64,000 nt of DNA, from NCBI GenBank assembly GCA_947481985.1, contig CANKIK010000007.1:2331-66330 (forward strand), read 5' to 3'. How positions within the stretch are numbered: position 1 is the first letter of the stretch; the number at the start of each line of letters is the position of its first letter. The DNA comes from Planctomycetaceae bacterium. Lineage in GTDB: Bacteria > Planctomycetota > Planctomycetia > Pirellulales > UBA1268. The translations under genes were made by a program, and so were the position numbers. Below are positions 28,674-39,127 of the stretch, one piece after another. Below the pieces are notes generated by a model that did not search any database, was not told the origin of the DNA, and saw only the letters and a list, made by a program, of their open reading frames with translations.

Positions 28674-28747
28674 TCCGTTGGCACCTCGCCCGCCCCCGAA
28701 CCAACTCCCCCCCCGATTTCCCCCTCCACCCCGCCGAGGAAGGCACG

Positions 28748-30313
28748 ATGAAAGTGGCCAGTGAACGTAATCGGGTGGTGGTGGTCGGAGCCGGCTTAGG
28801 GGGGCTTGCCGCTGCCTGTACGCTCGCTGCCCGCGGGTACGCAGTCACCCTCTGCGACAAGAATCCCTGGGTGGGTGGGAAGGCGGCGATCCTCTCGGAG
28901 CAGGGCTACCGCTTCGATATGGGGCCGACGATCCTCACGATTCCTGGCGTTCTCAAGCGGATTTTCGCCGAGGCTGGCCGCGACCTCGAGCAGGCAATTG
29001 ACCTCATCCCCCTCGACCCGCAATGGCGGAGTTTCTTCACCGACGGCTCGACGCTTGACCTCGTCGCCGACATCCCGCAGATGCAGGCCACCCTCGATGC
29101 CTATTCGCCGGGGAGCGGTTCTGGCGAGGGCTACGGCCGTTTCATGGCCCTCTCGCAGCGGCTCCACCGGCTCTCCGATGAATACTTCTTCTGGAGGCCT
29201 GTCGGGGGCCTGGGAGACATGTTCGACCCAAAGCGTTCCTTTCACATGGGGATCGTCAGGGAGGTGCTGGGGATGCGCCCTGGGCACTCTGTCGCCGGGA
29301 CCGTTCGGGCCCACGTGACTGACCCGCGGGCCGCCCAGATGTTCGACCACTTCACGCAATATGTGGGGAGTTGCCCCGAATCCTCTCCGGCAGTGCTCTG
29401 CGGCATTGCACACATGCAATCACGGGACGGCGTCTGGTACCCACGTGGCGGCACTGGGGCCGTACCGCGGGCCCTGGCGAGCCTGGCGGTCGACCTGGGG
29501 GTTGAGATCCGGACCCGCACCGCCATCAGCCGGATCGTGGTTGAAGGGGGCAAGGTCTGCGGCGTCGTCACCGCAGAGGGGGAGACGATCCCCGCCGCCG
29601 CGGTCGTGAGCAACTCCGACACCGTCCGCACCCACCGCGAATTGATCGATGGGCGACCGGCGAGCCGATTCCTCAACCGGCGGAAGTACGAACCGGCCTG
29701 CTCCGGCGTCGTCCTCTACCTGGGACTCGACCGGCGCTACGAGCAACTCATCCACCACAATTTTATCTTCTCCGCCGATCCGCACGAGGAGTTCGACTTT
29801 ATCTACCGCCGCGGTGAGCCGGCCCCTGATCCAACCTGCTACGTCTGCGCTCCAGCCGTCAGCGAGCCGGAAGTGGCGCCACCGGGGGGAGAGGCGTTGT
29901 ATGTCCTCGTCCATACTCCCTACCTCCGTCCCCACCACGACTGGTCGAAGATGTTCGCCCCCTACCGAAAGCGGATCATCGACAAGCTTGTCTCGACGGC
30001 CGGGCTGAAGGACCTCGAGAAACACATCGTCGTTGAGCGGTTTCTCACCCCGCAGGACATCAACGACCGCTACCACGTTCTCAACGGCGCGATCTACGGG
30101 CTGGCCAGCCACGGGAGGTTCCTGGGCGCATTCAAACCGTCCAACCGCTCGCCAGATATCCAAGGGCTCTACATGGCTGGCGGTTCAGCGCATCCGGGGC
30201 CGGGAATGCCGATGGTGATGATGTCAGGCTGGATCGCCGCCGATGCACTCGACAAGGACAATCTCGTTGAACAGGCCGGCCCCGCGTGCCGTCCGACTCC
30301 CTGCGCAGTCTGA
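28748..30313 (+). CDS. crtI: Phytoene desaturase family protein (CrtP/CrtNb-like diapocarotenoid oxidase)
   Basis: VVGAGLGGLAAA, FDMGPTILT, HFTQYVGS, LNGAIYG, GGSAHPGPGMPMV; ATG 28748 with GAGGAAGG upstream. Confidence 0.85.
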   Translation: MKVASERNRVVVVGAGLGGLAAACTLAARGYAVTLCDKNPWVGGKAAILSEQGYRFDMGPTILTIPGVLKRIFAEAGRDLEQAIDLIPLDPQWRSFFTDGSTLDLVADIPQMQATLDAYSPGSGSGEGYGRFMALSQRLHRLSDEYFFWRPVGGLGDMFDPKRSFHMGIVREVLGMRPGHSVAGTVRAHVTDPRAAQMFDHFTQYVGSCPESSPAVLCGIAHMQSRDGVWYPRGGTGAVPRALASLAVDLGVEIRTRTAISRIVVEGGKVCGVVTAEGETIPAAAVVSNSDTVRTHRELIDGRPASRFLNRRKYEPACSGVVLYLGLDRRYEQLIHHNFIFSADPHEEFDFIYRRGEPAPDPTCYVCAPAVSEPEVAPPGGEALYVLVHTPYLRPHHDWSKMFAPYRKRIIDKLVSTAGLKDLEKHIVVERFLTPQDINDRYHVLNGAIYGLASHGRFLGAFKPSNRSPDIQGLYMAGGSAHPGPGMPMVMMSGWIAADALDKDNLVEQAGPACRPTPCAV

Positions 30314-30395
30314 AGCCTCCGGGCCCGTGGCCTCGACACTCCGGCGGATGACGGGTCGTCCTCGCCGCCATCGCGGATCAATCGCTGAGCACTTG

Positions 30396-31223
30396 ATGGC
30401 AGCCAAACAACGGGACGCTCCGGATCACGAGGAGGGGCTGCCCCCCTTCTCGCACTGGCTCCACCACTGGTTCATGCTGTTTGTGCGCCGTTTTATCAGG
30501 CGCCACTTCCATGCCCTCCGCTTGCTGCGCGGAGGCGATGCGGGGCTCCCCGATCACCCCGACATCGGCCAGGGGCCGGTGATCATCTACACCAACCACC
30601 CCGGCTGGTGGGACCCACTGGTGTTCTTTACCACCGCGGATCAACTCTGGCCCGAGCGCCTCAACTACGGGCCGATCGATGCCGCCGCGCTGGAAAAGTA
30701 CCGCTTCATGGAGCGGATCGGATTCGTGGGAGTTGAGCATGGCACTTGGCGGGGATCGGCTCGGTTCCTCCGCGTCGCCAAGGCAGCAGGGAAACGTGGC
30801 GATGTCATCTTCTGGGTGACTGCCCAGGGCGAGTTCGCCGATCCGCGACAGCGGCCAGTGGAGATCCGCGCCGGCGTCGGACACGCCGCCCACACCAACC
30901 GCGGCGGTGTGATCGTGCCGATGGCGGTGGAGTATCCGTTTTGGTCGGAACGGCTTCCCGAGGCGCTGGTGGGCTTTGGCCCGGCACTCCCCATGGGACC
31001 GCAGTTCGACGCCCGCGAGTGGACCCAGATCCTGGCGGAGCACTTGGAACAAACCCAGGATCGGCTCGCTGCGGCCGCCCGCCGCCGCGATCCCGCCGCC
31101 TTCCGCTCCCTCCTCACCGGGACAGTGGGGGTGGGGGGTGTCTATGACTTCGGGCGGAAGTTGCGGGCCTGGGCCCGCGGCGAGCAATTTGACGCCTCGC
31201 ATGGGGGCCGCGATGGGGATTGA
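30396..31223 (+). CDS. PlsC-family acyltransferase, probable carotenoid ester acyltransferase
   Basis: NHPGWWD (HxxxxD), WVTAQGEF, YPFWSERLPE; lies between the desaturases and the GT2 gene. Confidence 0.8.
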   Translation: MAAKQRDAPDHEEGLPPFSHWLHHWFMLFVRRFIRRHFHALRLLRGGDAGLPDHPDIGQGPVIIYTNHPGWWDPLVFFTTADQLWPERLNYGPIDAAALEKYRFMERIGFVGVEHGTWRGSARFLRVAKAAGKRGDVIFWVTAQGEFADPRQRPVEIRAGVGHAAHTNRGGVIVPMAVEYPFWSERLPEALVGFGPALPMGPQFDAREWTQILAEHLEQTQDRLAAAARRRDPAAFRSLLTGTVGVGGVYDFGRKLRAWARGEQFDASHGGRDGD

Positions 31224-32367
31224 CGGCATCCCACTGGCGGCATGGCTGGGAGTCGTGGGACTGCCGCTGGCGACGCTGCCGGCAGCCCTTTCGGTCGCCA
31301 ACCTACGATGCTTCCGTCGCGCACCGCAGGCCGGAGTATCGCCACCGGTGTCGGTGCTCGTGCCGGCGCGCGACGAGGCGCAGGCCATCGCCCGACTGGC
31401 CGCCGCGGTGCTTGCCAGCCGCGGCATCGAGTTGGAACTGGTGATCCTCGACGACGACAGCCGCGATGCCACCGCGGCGATCGTGGCGGCGCTGGCCGCA
31501 GCCGATCCGCGAGTCCGTCTGGTCCGCGGCCGTCCGCTCCCGGATGGCTGGTGCGGAAAACAGCACGCCTGCTGGCAACTCGCCCACGCAGCCCGCCACG
31601 ACCTGCTGTTGTTTCTCGATGCCGACGTGACCCTGACGCCCGATGGCGTGGCCCGCGCGGTCGCTTTCCTCGACGAGCGCAGCGTCGATCTGGCCAGCGG
31701 ATTCCCCAGGCAGGAAACCAGTTGCCTGCTCGACTGGCTCCTGCTGCCTCTGATCCATTTTGTGCTCCTGGGCTACCTGCCGCTGGCACTGTCCCGCACC
31801 GACAACCGGCCCGGCCTCGCCGCAGGCTGCGGGCAGTTGTTCATCACCCGCCGCTCCTCGTACGACCGCAGCGGCGGCCACGCCTTGATCCGTGGCTCTT
31901 TGCACGACGGCATCAAACTGCCCCGGGCCTACCGCGCCGCTGGTCTCTCTACCGACATCTTCGATGCCGGCGATATCGCCCGCTGCCGGATGTATGCCCG
32001 CAACACCGAGGTCGTCCGCGGTCTGGGAAAGAACGCCACCGAAGGGATCGCCTCCCGAGCAACGATCCTCCCGTTCACCGTCCTCCTCGTCGGCGGCCAG
32101 ATCCTGCCGGCAATCGCGTTGGTGTTGGGGCTGCTTGGCCAGTGGCAGGGCTGGCCGGCGTGGACGATCGTCGTTTCGCTTTCCGCTGCCACCTGCGCCT
32201 GGCTGCCGCGGGTGCTGGAGGTGATCCGTTTCGGACAGAGTCCTTTCAGCGCCCTCGCTCATCCGCTGGCGGTGGTGGTGTTTTTGGTCATCCAGTGGAC
32301 CGCCTTCGCACGCCGGGCACTCGGTCTGAGGACGAGTTGGCGGGGGCGAAGTCTGTCGCCCCCATGA
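31213..32367 (+). CDS. Family 2 glycosyltransferase, CrtQ-like (diapocarotenoate glycosyltransferase)
   Basis: VSVLVPARDE, DDDSRD, GWCGKQHAC, FLDAD, CGQ, CRMY; C-terminal TMs and WRGR; overlaps the upstream acyltransferase. Confidence 0.8.
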   Translation: MGIDGIPLAAWLGVVGLPLATLPAALSVANLRCFRRAPQAGVSPPVSVLVPARDEAQAIARLAAAVLASRGIELELVILDDDSRDATAAIVAALAAADPRVRLVRGRPLPDGWCGKQHACWQLAHAARHDLLLFLDADVTLTPDGVARAVAFLDERSVDLASGFPRQETSCLLDWLLLPLIHFVLLGYLPLALSRTDNRPGLAAGCGQLFITRRSSYDRSGGHALIRGSLHDGIKLPRAYRAAGLSTDIFDAGDIARCRMYARNTEVVRGLGKNATEGIASRATILPFTVLLVGGQILPAIALVLGLLGQWQGWPAWTIVVSLSAATCAWLPRVLEVIRFGQSPFSALAHPLAVVVFLVIQWTAFARRALGLRTSWRGRSLSPP

Positions 32368-32403
32368 CAGGGCATTGGCCCATGACAGGGAGCGGGGCAA
32401 TGA

Positions 32404-33627
32404 TCAAACGACGGCCCCGCGACTGGCACGGGATCTGGCCAATCGAGCCGCAGCCAGAGCCTCGTCCACCGTGGCAGCAACCGCCGTAAGATGCCCCATT
32501 TTCCGTCCCGCCCGGGGGGACGATTTGCCGTAGAGATGCAGGCTGACTCCCGGCACTGCGAGCGCCGCGGCCCAGTCAGGTTCGCCCCGTTCCCAGCAGT
32601 CGCCGAGGATATTGGCCATCGCCGCGGGGGATGTCTGCCGTGTCGAGCCCAGCGGCAAGCCGCACACCGCGCGGACCTGCTGCTCAAACTGCGATGTCTC
32701 ACAAGCCTCGATCGTGAGATGACCGGAGTTGTGCGGCCGGGGAGCGATCTCGTTGACGAGCAGGCGACCGTCGCGGGTGACGAAGAACTCAACGCACGCC
32801 ACTCCCACGACACCGAGGGCCTCGAGGATCGCCGATGCCGTCCGGCGGGCCTCGGCAACGATCCCGGCAGGCAGACCAGAAGGCGCCACCGACAGGTCGA
32901 GGATGTGTCGGTGGTGGAGATTCAGTGAGGGTTCAAAGACCGCCGTGGCACCATCGAGTCCGCGGGCGGCAACGACCGAGATCTCGCAGTCGAAATCGAT
33001 CCAGCCCTCCAAAACAAGCCCCGCTGTGCCAACCATGCTTGCCCCGAGGGCCGTCCATGCTTCTTCCATGTCGGCAGCGACACCGAGCCGCACTTGTCCT
33101 TTACCGTCGTAGCCGGAGGCTGCCGTCTTGAGGACCGCCGGCAGACCGATCGCCGCCACCGCCGCATTGAATTCCGCTGCCGAGCGAACCATTCGATTGG
33201 AGACACACGCGAAGCGGTGGCGGTCGAGGAACGCCTTCTCCCGCCCCCGATCCTGGGTGGTGAAAAGCACCTCCGGACCAGGCCTCACCGGCACCACCGC
33301 AGCCAGCGCCCGGGCGGCAGCAACAGGGATGTTCTCAAACTCATACGTGGCCGCCGCAAATGATCGACCGATGGCCACCAGGCGGCCAGGGTCATCCAGG
33401 GAATCGACATGCACCCGGTCGCAGGTGCGGGCGGCCGGGCAATCGGCATGATCGGAGACCGCCTCAACCCGGTACCCCATGCGGCGTGCAGCAGCGGCGA
33501 ACATGGCGCCGAGTTGTCCGCCACCAAGCACACCGAGCGTGCGGCCCGGAAGGACTGGCGCCGTCGCTGTGGATACCGCGTCGGGCGCCACGTTCGCTGG
33601 AATTGTCAGACTGCTCACGCTGTTCAC
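32404..33627 (-). CDS. purK: N5-carboxyaminoimidazole ribonucleotide synthase
   Basis: LGVLGGGQLG, TYEFENI, GYDGKGQ, NEIAPRPHNSGH, LYGK..RAGRKMGH; start approximate. Confidence 0.95.
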   Translation of the reverse strand: MNSVSSLTIPANVAPDAVSTATAPVLPGRTLGVLGGGQLGAMFAAAARRMGYRVEAVSDHADCPAARTCDRVHVDSLDDPGRLVAIGRSFAAATYEFENIPVAAARALAAVVPVRPGPEVLFTTQDRGREKAFLDRHRFACVSNRMVRSAAEFNAAVAAIGLPAVLKTAASGYDGKGQVRLGVAADMEEAWTALGASMVGTAGLVLEGWIDFDCEISVVAARGLDGATAVFEPSLNLHHRHILDLSVAPSGLPAGIVAEARRTASAILEALGVVGVACVEFFVTRDGRLLVNEIAPRPHNSGHLTIEACETSQFEQQVRAVCGLPLGSTRQTSPAAMANILGDCWERGEPDWAAALAVPGVSLHLYGKSSPRAGRKMGHLTAVAATVDEALAAARLARSRASRGAVV

Positions 33628-33658
33628 GTCACCTACGGGAGGCGGAAGACGGGGGGAG

Positions 33659-34228
33659 TCACCGGGGGGCGGGGGGCGGGACGGCAGGACGTGAAAGGTC
33701 ATCGGCGAGCACCCGCTGTGTCTGTTCCGCCCGGTAGATCCGCAGTTTCTCCGCGAGTCCGGGGTCACGCAGCGCCAGCACTGCGATCGCCAGGAGGGCG
33801 GCGTTGGCGGCACCGGCCGGACCGATCGCCAGTGTGCCGACCGGAATCCCGGCCGGCATCTGCACGATGGAGAGGAGTGAATCGACTCCCCGGAGGACCG
33901 CCGATTCCACCGGCACGCCAAACACCGGCAACAGTGTCTGAGCGGCCATCATTCCCGGGAGATGTGCCGCCCCTCCGGCACCGGCGATGATCACCTGCAA
34001 TCCGCGCCCCTGTGCCGTGGCGGCGTAGTCGGCAAGCTTGTCCGGTGTCCGGTGGGCCGAGACAATCTCGCACTCATGCGCTACGCCGAATTCCTGCAGA
34101 ACGAGCGCTGCCCGTTCAAGCGTGGCCCAATCGGAACGGCTCCCCATCACGATCCCCACCAGCGGAGGCTGGGCCGCAACGGATGAGGCTGCCGGCAGGG
34201 CAGGGGAGGGGGTGGGGGTATGGGACAC
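33659..34228 (-). CDS. purE: N5-CAIR mutase
   Basis: [37 protein letters not shown]; start approximate. Confidence 0.96.
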   Translation of the reverse strand: MSHTPTPSPALPAASSVAAQPPLVGIVMGSRSDWATLERAALVLQEFGVAHECEIVSAHRTPDKLADYAATAQGRGLQVIIAGAGGAAHLPGMMAAQTLLPVFGVPVESAVLRGVDSLLSIVQMPAGIPVGTLAIGPAGAANAALLAIAVLALRDPGLAEKLRIYRAEQTQRVLADDLSRPAVPPPAPR

Positions 34229-34475
34229 GGGATCAAGACTCCGCGGGGGGAAAGGGGTATCTTCCGTTCGTCCGCCGGAGGTTGCAACGCCCAACCGCAA
34301 TCATCGCAGCCCCGGCGGGTCGGCGACATTTTCCCCCGGGCGTGGCCCCTCCCCGCAGGCCCGCCCCTGGCAACGCGCTGCAGGCAGTGTCTCCACAGCC
34401 TGCTAAAACTGCCACGCATGCAACAGCACGCGTCTGGTCTGTTCTCAAGGCAATCCGGAAGGAGTCAGTGTCCCG

Positions 34476-35552
34476 ATGGTGATGGACCACGCCCTGCCAG
34501 AGACGCTGTCGATCCGTTGGCCAGCGGAGTCACCCCAACCGCCGGCCGACACCGAAGCGGCCCTCGCTAGGGCCGCCGCTCTGTTGGCAGCCGGCCGACT
34601 GGTGGCGATTCCCACCGAGACCGTGTACGGGTTGGCAGGCCTCGCCTTGGACACCGCGGCGGTGGAACGGATCTTTATCGCCAAGGGGAGGGCCGCCACC
34701 AACCCGCTCATCCTCCATGTCGATGGAATCGCCATGGCGCGGTCGCTGAGTTCGGCATGGCCGGATGCGGCCGAACGAATCGCCGCGGAATTTTGGCCGG
34801 GACCGGTGACGGTCGTGGTGCCGAAGGCGGCGCATGTGCCCGATGCCGTCACCGCCGGCGGCCCCACCGTGGCAATCCGCTGTCCCGATCAGCGTCTCAC
34901 GCGACTGCTGATCAGTCGGCTCGGGCAACCGTTGGCGGCCCCCAGCGCCAACCGTTCATTGCGTCTTTCCCCCACGACAGCCTCCCATGTGCTGGAGAGC
35001 CTGGGGGCAAAAGTCGATCTGATCCTCGATGCCGGTCCCTGCGGCCACGGCATCGAATCGACGGTCGTCGACTGCACACTTCCCACGCCGGTGATCCTCC
35101 GTCCCGGCCCGCTGGGAGCCGCAGCGCTGGCTGTCGCACTTGGCGCAGCACCCCTGACTGCCACCCCCGCCGCGAGTGCCGATCCCTCCGGGAGCTGCCG
35201 ATCTCCCGGCCAGGCTGCCCGTCACTACGCGCCACTGACGCCCCTCGAAGTGACGCCTGACGGGGCGGCACGGGTGCGGAGCCTGTCGCACAGCGGCCGG
35301 AGGGTCGGCTGGCTCACCACCCGGTCACAGGAAAACCAGACCAGGCAAATCGCTGCCTCGCCGCATGTGGTGGTCGTGCCGATGCCGGACGATCCGATTA
35401 GATTTGCAGCGCTGCTCTACGCGGTGCTGCACGCCGTCGACAAGCGGTCGCTCGATGCGATCGTGGTCGACGAGCCTCCGGCGACAGAGCCCTGGCGGGC
35501 GATCCGAGACCGGCTCGCACGGGCCTGTGCAGCGGATACGCCCGGGGACTGA
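34476..35552 (+). CDS. sua5: L-threonylcarbamoyladenylate synthase (Sua5/TsaC2)
   Basis: PTETVYGL, KGR...NPLILH, FWPGPVT, AAPSAN, GIESTVVD, SPGQ..RHYAP plus C-terminal SUA5 domain. Confidence 0.93.
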   Translation: MVMDHALPETLSIRWPAESPQPPADTEAALARAAALLAAGRLVAIPTETVYGLAGLALDTAAVERIFIAKGRAATNPLILHVDGIAMARSLSSAWPDAAERIAAEFWPGPVTVVVPKAAHVPDAVTAGGPTVAIRCPDQRLTRLLISRLGQPLAAPSANRSLRLSPTTASHVLESLGAKVDLILDAGPCGHGIESTVVDCTLPTPVILRPGPLGAAALAVALGAAPLTATPAASADPSGSCRSPGQAARHYAPLTPLEVTPDGAARVRSLSHSGRRVGWLTTRSQENQTRQIAASPHVVVVPMPDDPIRFAALLYAVLHAVDKRSLDAIVVDEPPATEPWRAIRDRLARACAADTPGD

Positions 35553-35564
35553 GGCTGGCTGCTG

Positions 35565-36473
35565 TCAGGCGGCGGGAGCCAGGATCGCCTTCAGCGCCAC
35601 AGCGATATCGGGGTACTGGTAGACGAATCCACTCTCGATTGCCACCCGGGGAATGACCCGCTGCGAATCGAAGAGCACGCGGGCAAACTCGCCAAACAAC
35701 ACGCGAAGACCGATGTAGGGCGCCGGCATGAACGCTGGGCGATGGAGTTGCTTCCCCAAAGCTCGGGTGAACTCCAGATTCCGCAGCGGTTCGGGGGAGA
35801 CGGCGTTGAGAGGGCCATCGATCCCGGCTGTCGCGGCGTGGATGTAGAGCCGCGCCAGATCAGCGACATGGATCCAAGGCATCCACTGGCGGCCATTTCC
35901 CAACGGACCACCTGCCCCGAGACGGAAGGGAAGTAGCATCCGCTCCAGTGCCCCGCCGCCGGAGCCAAGGACGATCCCCGTCCGGGCCGTCGCCACGCGG
36001 ACGCCGAGCGACCGGGCGGCGAGTGCCTCCTGTTCCCAGGCCACACAAACCTCGGCCAGGAAGTCGTGCCCCGGGGTGGCACTCTCGGTGAGTTCCTCTT
36101 CGCCACGGTTGCCGTAATACCCCACAGCCGAAGCCGAGACGAGCGTTGCCGGGCGGGAGCTCATCTGGGCGATGCCCTGCACCAGATGGCGAGTGCCAAC
36201 GACCCGGCTGTCGCGGATCCGCTGCTTCTGGGCTGCCGACCAGCGCCCCTCGGCCACCGATTCCCCTGCCAGATGGAACACCGTGTCGACACCGTCGAAC
36301 GCAGTCGCTCCCGGAGGCCCCTGGAGCGGATCCCAGGCGATGATCCGGCCTGCCAGATGGCCGATCCTGCTCCGGGCCCGATCCGGATTCCTGGTCAGCA
36401 CCACCGGACGGTCCAGCAGTCGCAGCAGCCGCGGCCCCAGAAACCCCGTCGCCCCAGTCACTAGTGCGGTCAT
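35565..36473 (-). CDS. TIGR01777 (YfcH-like) NAD-dependent epimerase family oxidoreductase
   Basis: VTGATGFLG, HLAGE, RDSRV, SASAVGYYG, GNGRQWMPWIH. Confidence 0.9.
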   Translation of the reverse strand: MTALVTGATGFLGPRLLRLLDRPVVLTRNPDRARSRIGHLAGRIIAWDPLQGPPGATAFDGVDTVFHLAGESVAEGRWSAAQKQRIRDSRVVGTRHLVQGIAQMSSRPATLVSASAVGYYGNRGEEELTESATPGHDFLAEVCVAWEQEALAARSLGVRVATARTGIVLGSGGGALERMLLPFRLGAGGPLGNGRQWMPWIHVADLARLYIHAATAGIDGPLNAVSPEPLRNLEFTRALGKQLHRPAFMPAPYIGLRVLFGEFARVLFDSQRVIPRVAIESGFVYQYPDIAVALKAILAPAA

Positions 36474-36599
36474 GCGAATTCCTCAGGAGACCAGGGATAA
36501 TGGCGCGCGCAGAAAACCATCTGCCGTCCGACTGGCCCGACGAAGTATAAACAAGGCCCCTCCCTCCAGCCTGCCTCCCTCAGCGACACGGACCCCCAC

Positions 36600-38015
36600 T
36601 TGTCCTCCCGCCCCACGAGGGTGGTGGAATTCCTCGCCCGCTGCATGCTGCCGCGGGCCGGTCTCCGCCGCGACCTTTGGATCTCCACCGCTGACGCAAC
36701 CGCCTACAGCGTGATGGTGGGGTGCGGCGAGACCTACATCCCCGCCTTCGCACTGGCGCTCGGAATGGGACCGGTGGCCGCCGGACTCACTGCCTCGGTG
36801 CCACTGTTTGTCGGTGCGGTGCTGCAACTGGTCACCCCGCTGGCAGTTGCCCGGCTGGGGACCAACCGTGGATGGGTGGTGGCGACCACCGCCGTTCAGG
36901 CGGCCAGTTTCCTGCCGCTGATCTGGTGGGCGATCCGCGGGCACGCGCAGCTGTGGGAATTGCTGGTGGCGGTGAGTGTCTATTGGTCGGCGGGGATGGC
37001 TGGTGCGCCGGCCTGGAATGCCTGGATCGGAACGCTCGTTCCCGAAAGGATGAGAACGCCGTACTTCGCCCATCGCAGCCGGCTGGGACAGTTTGCCGTC
37101 CTGTTTGGATTCGTGCTTGGTGGCCTGCTCCTCCAATGGGGTGCACAGCACGGCGTCACGCTCCGGACGTTTGCGGTGCTGTTTGGATTGGCGCTGGCCT
37201 GCCGCGTCGTCTCGACGCTCTGTTTGGCAGCCTGCCGGGAGCCCAAGCCACCGGGCTCAGCCGCCGCCGAGGCGGCCCGGGACCACGCTGCCCACTCCGT
37301 GGCGAGCCAGACTGTGACTGCCGGAGCAGTGGCCACGTTCCTGGGGCGGCTCCGGGGACTGGCCACCGCTCCGGCAGGCACGCTGGTCACATACCTCTGG
37401 GCGACGACCTTTGCCTGCCAGTTCTCCGGCCCCTACTTCACCCCCTACATGCTGCGGGAGATGGAGTTCTCGTACTGGTCCTACATGCTCGTTGTGGCCA
37501 CAAGCTTCCTCGCCAAGGCGCTGGCGCTGCCGACGCTGGGGAGGTTGGGGAGCCGGATCGGCGCTTTGGGACTGCTGTGGCTGGGGGGGCTGACGATTAT
37601 CCCCCTCACGCTCCTCTGGTTGCCTTCGGCCTCGGTGCCCTATCTCGTCGGCGTGCAGACGGTCGCCGGCTGTTGCTGGGCGAGTTACGAGTTGGCGGTG
37701 GTGCTGCTGTTCTTCGAGGCGGCCAACCACCAGGAACGGACCGGCGTCGTCACGGTCTACAACCTCGGGCACGCCATCGCCACGCTGGCTGGCGCGGCAA
37801 CCGGCGGACTCGTCCTCCGCTCGCTGGGAGAGGATCGCTCAGCCTATTTCACCGTCTTTGTGATCTCGTCCATCCTGCGGTTGTCGGCCATGCCGCTCCT
37901 CCGCCGCGTGCACGTCATCCGGACCGCGGTCGCAGGTAAGGAGGGCCATTCGAGGAGCCCGATCCCTCATGGCCCAGCCAGTGGCCCAGCCAGTAGCCCA
38001 GACAACCTCGAATGA
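36600..38015 (+). CDS. MFS transporter
   Basis: About 12 hydrophobic segments; DATAYSVMVGCGETY, WNAWIGTLVP, GPYFTPYML. Start at TTG 36600 or ATG 36645. Confidence 0.85.
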   Translation: MSSRPTRVVEFLARCMLPRAGLRRDLWISTADATAYSVMVGCGETYIPAFALALGMGPVAAGLTASVPLFVGAVLQLVTPLAVARLGTNRGWVVATTAVQAASFLPLIWWAIRGHAQLWELLVAVSVYWSAGMAGAPAWNAWIGTLVPERMRTPYFAHRSRLGQFAVLFGFVLGGLLLQWGAQHGVTLRTFAVLFGLALACRVVSTLCLAACREPKPPGSAAAEAARDHAAHSVASQTVTAGAVATFLGRLRGLATAPAGTLVTYLWATTFACQFSGPYFTPYMLREMEFSYWSYMLVVATSFLAKALALPTLGRLGSRIGALGLLWLGGLTIIPLTLLWLPSASVPYLVGVQTVAGCCWASYELAVVLLFFEAANHQERTGVVTVYNLGHAIATLAGAATGGLVLRSLGEDRSAYFTVFVISSILRLSAMPLLRRVHVIRTAVAGKEGHSRSPIPHGPASGPASSPDNLE

Positions 38016-38041
38016 GCCCCGGAGGCGATCTACGATCCCGA

Positions 38042-38752
38042 TCACCCCGCAGGGAACTTCGATTCGTGTGCCAAGCTGTCGAGAAACGTCCGAGCCTTGC
38101 CGTAGTCTCCAGCAGAATAGCGTTCGACGTTCACCTTCAGGGCCTCGATGAACTTGTTCACGGTCCCCTGAATCTTCTGGAAGTCCTCGTACTGCAACGA
38201 GCCTCCGGAGGCGGCACGGTCGGCAAAGAGTTTGTCCAGATCGGTGCGGTAGGCGGAGTATTCGCGGTCGGTGAGGACCAAGGGATACTCGATGTGACCG
38301 GTGACGGGATCGAGTTGGGAAGATGGCAGCCGCGGCGGTGCAGCAGACTTGGCAAACCGGATCGCCTGATCGTGCGTCACCGCAGGACCGGCCTCCGTCT
38401 TACGGGCCTCCCGGTTGTTCCGCCGCATGTCGAAATAGGTGTTCGTCCAGAGATCGCGGTTTTGGATTTCGAGGGTCTTCGCGCCCTCCCAATTCTTGGC
38501 CGCCTCCGAGTTTTGGAGGTTGGCGTACCCTTGAGAGCGGATGACGTCCGACATCCCATAGGCGGCAGCTTGGCCGGCGGTGCTCGCATAGCCCCCTCCA
38601 CCCCCCATGCCGCCGTACCCAAATCCACCCCACTGCGCCTGAGCGGAAACAGGGGCACCAAACAGCATCCAGGCACCAGTGGCCGCCCACACGGCGGCCG
38701 CACCCAGGACCGGAGTCACCAACCGGGAAACCGCCACAACGCGACGCCTCAT
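38042..38752 (-). CDS. Exported hypothetical protein (planctomycete-type)
   Basis: Signal peptide ending AQAQ, Gly-rich linker, GMSDVIRSQG..TYFDMRRNN helical segment; strong codon bias. Confidence 0.7.
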   Translation of the reverse strand: MRRRVVAVSRLVTPVLGAAAVWAATGAWMLFGAPVSAQAQWGGFGYGGMGGGGGYASTAGQAAAYGMSDVIRSQGYANLQNSEAAKNWEGAKTLEIQNRDLWTNTYFDMRRNNREARKTEAGPAVTHDQAIRFAKSAAPPRLPSSQLDPVTGHIEYPLVLTDREYSAYRTDLDKLFADRAASGGSLQYEDFQKIQGTVNKFIEALKVNVERYSAGDYGKARTFLDSLAHESKFPAG

Positions 38753-38994
38753 GGCCTGCCTCTTGGGAAACGGAGAACGGATCGTGCACCCTGGAACCTG
38801 ACCGCCAGGAACTTTCGGGGCTTGCGTTGGCTGCGAACCGACGGAAACTCCGATGGGACAAAATCATTCCGGAGTATACTCTCCCTTTGCCGGAGGGGCG
38901 ACATTGTTTTCCCCGCTCAAGTTCGCCCCCCGCCCGGTACGAGTTGTGCGGATTGTCCGGCGCAGGGGAGGGCCGCCGCCCCACGCTTCCAAAC

Positions 38995-39024
38995 ATAGAT
39001 GCTATTGGAATAGATGCTACTGGT
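38995..39024. repeat. 15-bp tandem direct repeat ATAGATGCTA(T/C)TGG(A/T) x2 in divergent intergenic region
   Basis: atagatgctattgga / atagatgctactggt. Confidence 0.7.
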
Positions 39025-39127
39025 TGGTGATGGTATCGGTTGGTTTGGGCTGGATCGGTTGGGCGTTGAAAGGTCATGTGGCGACGGTCGGCTGCACCGT
39101 CCTTGGCACTCCCTGGAGCATATCGAG

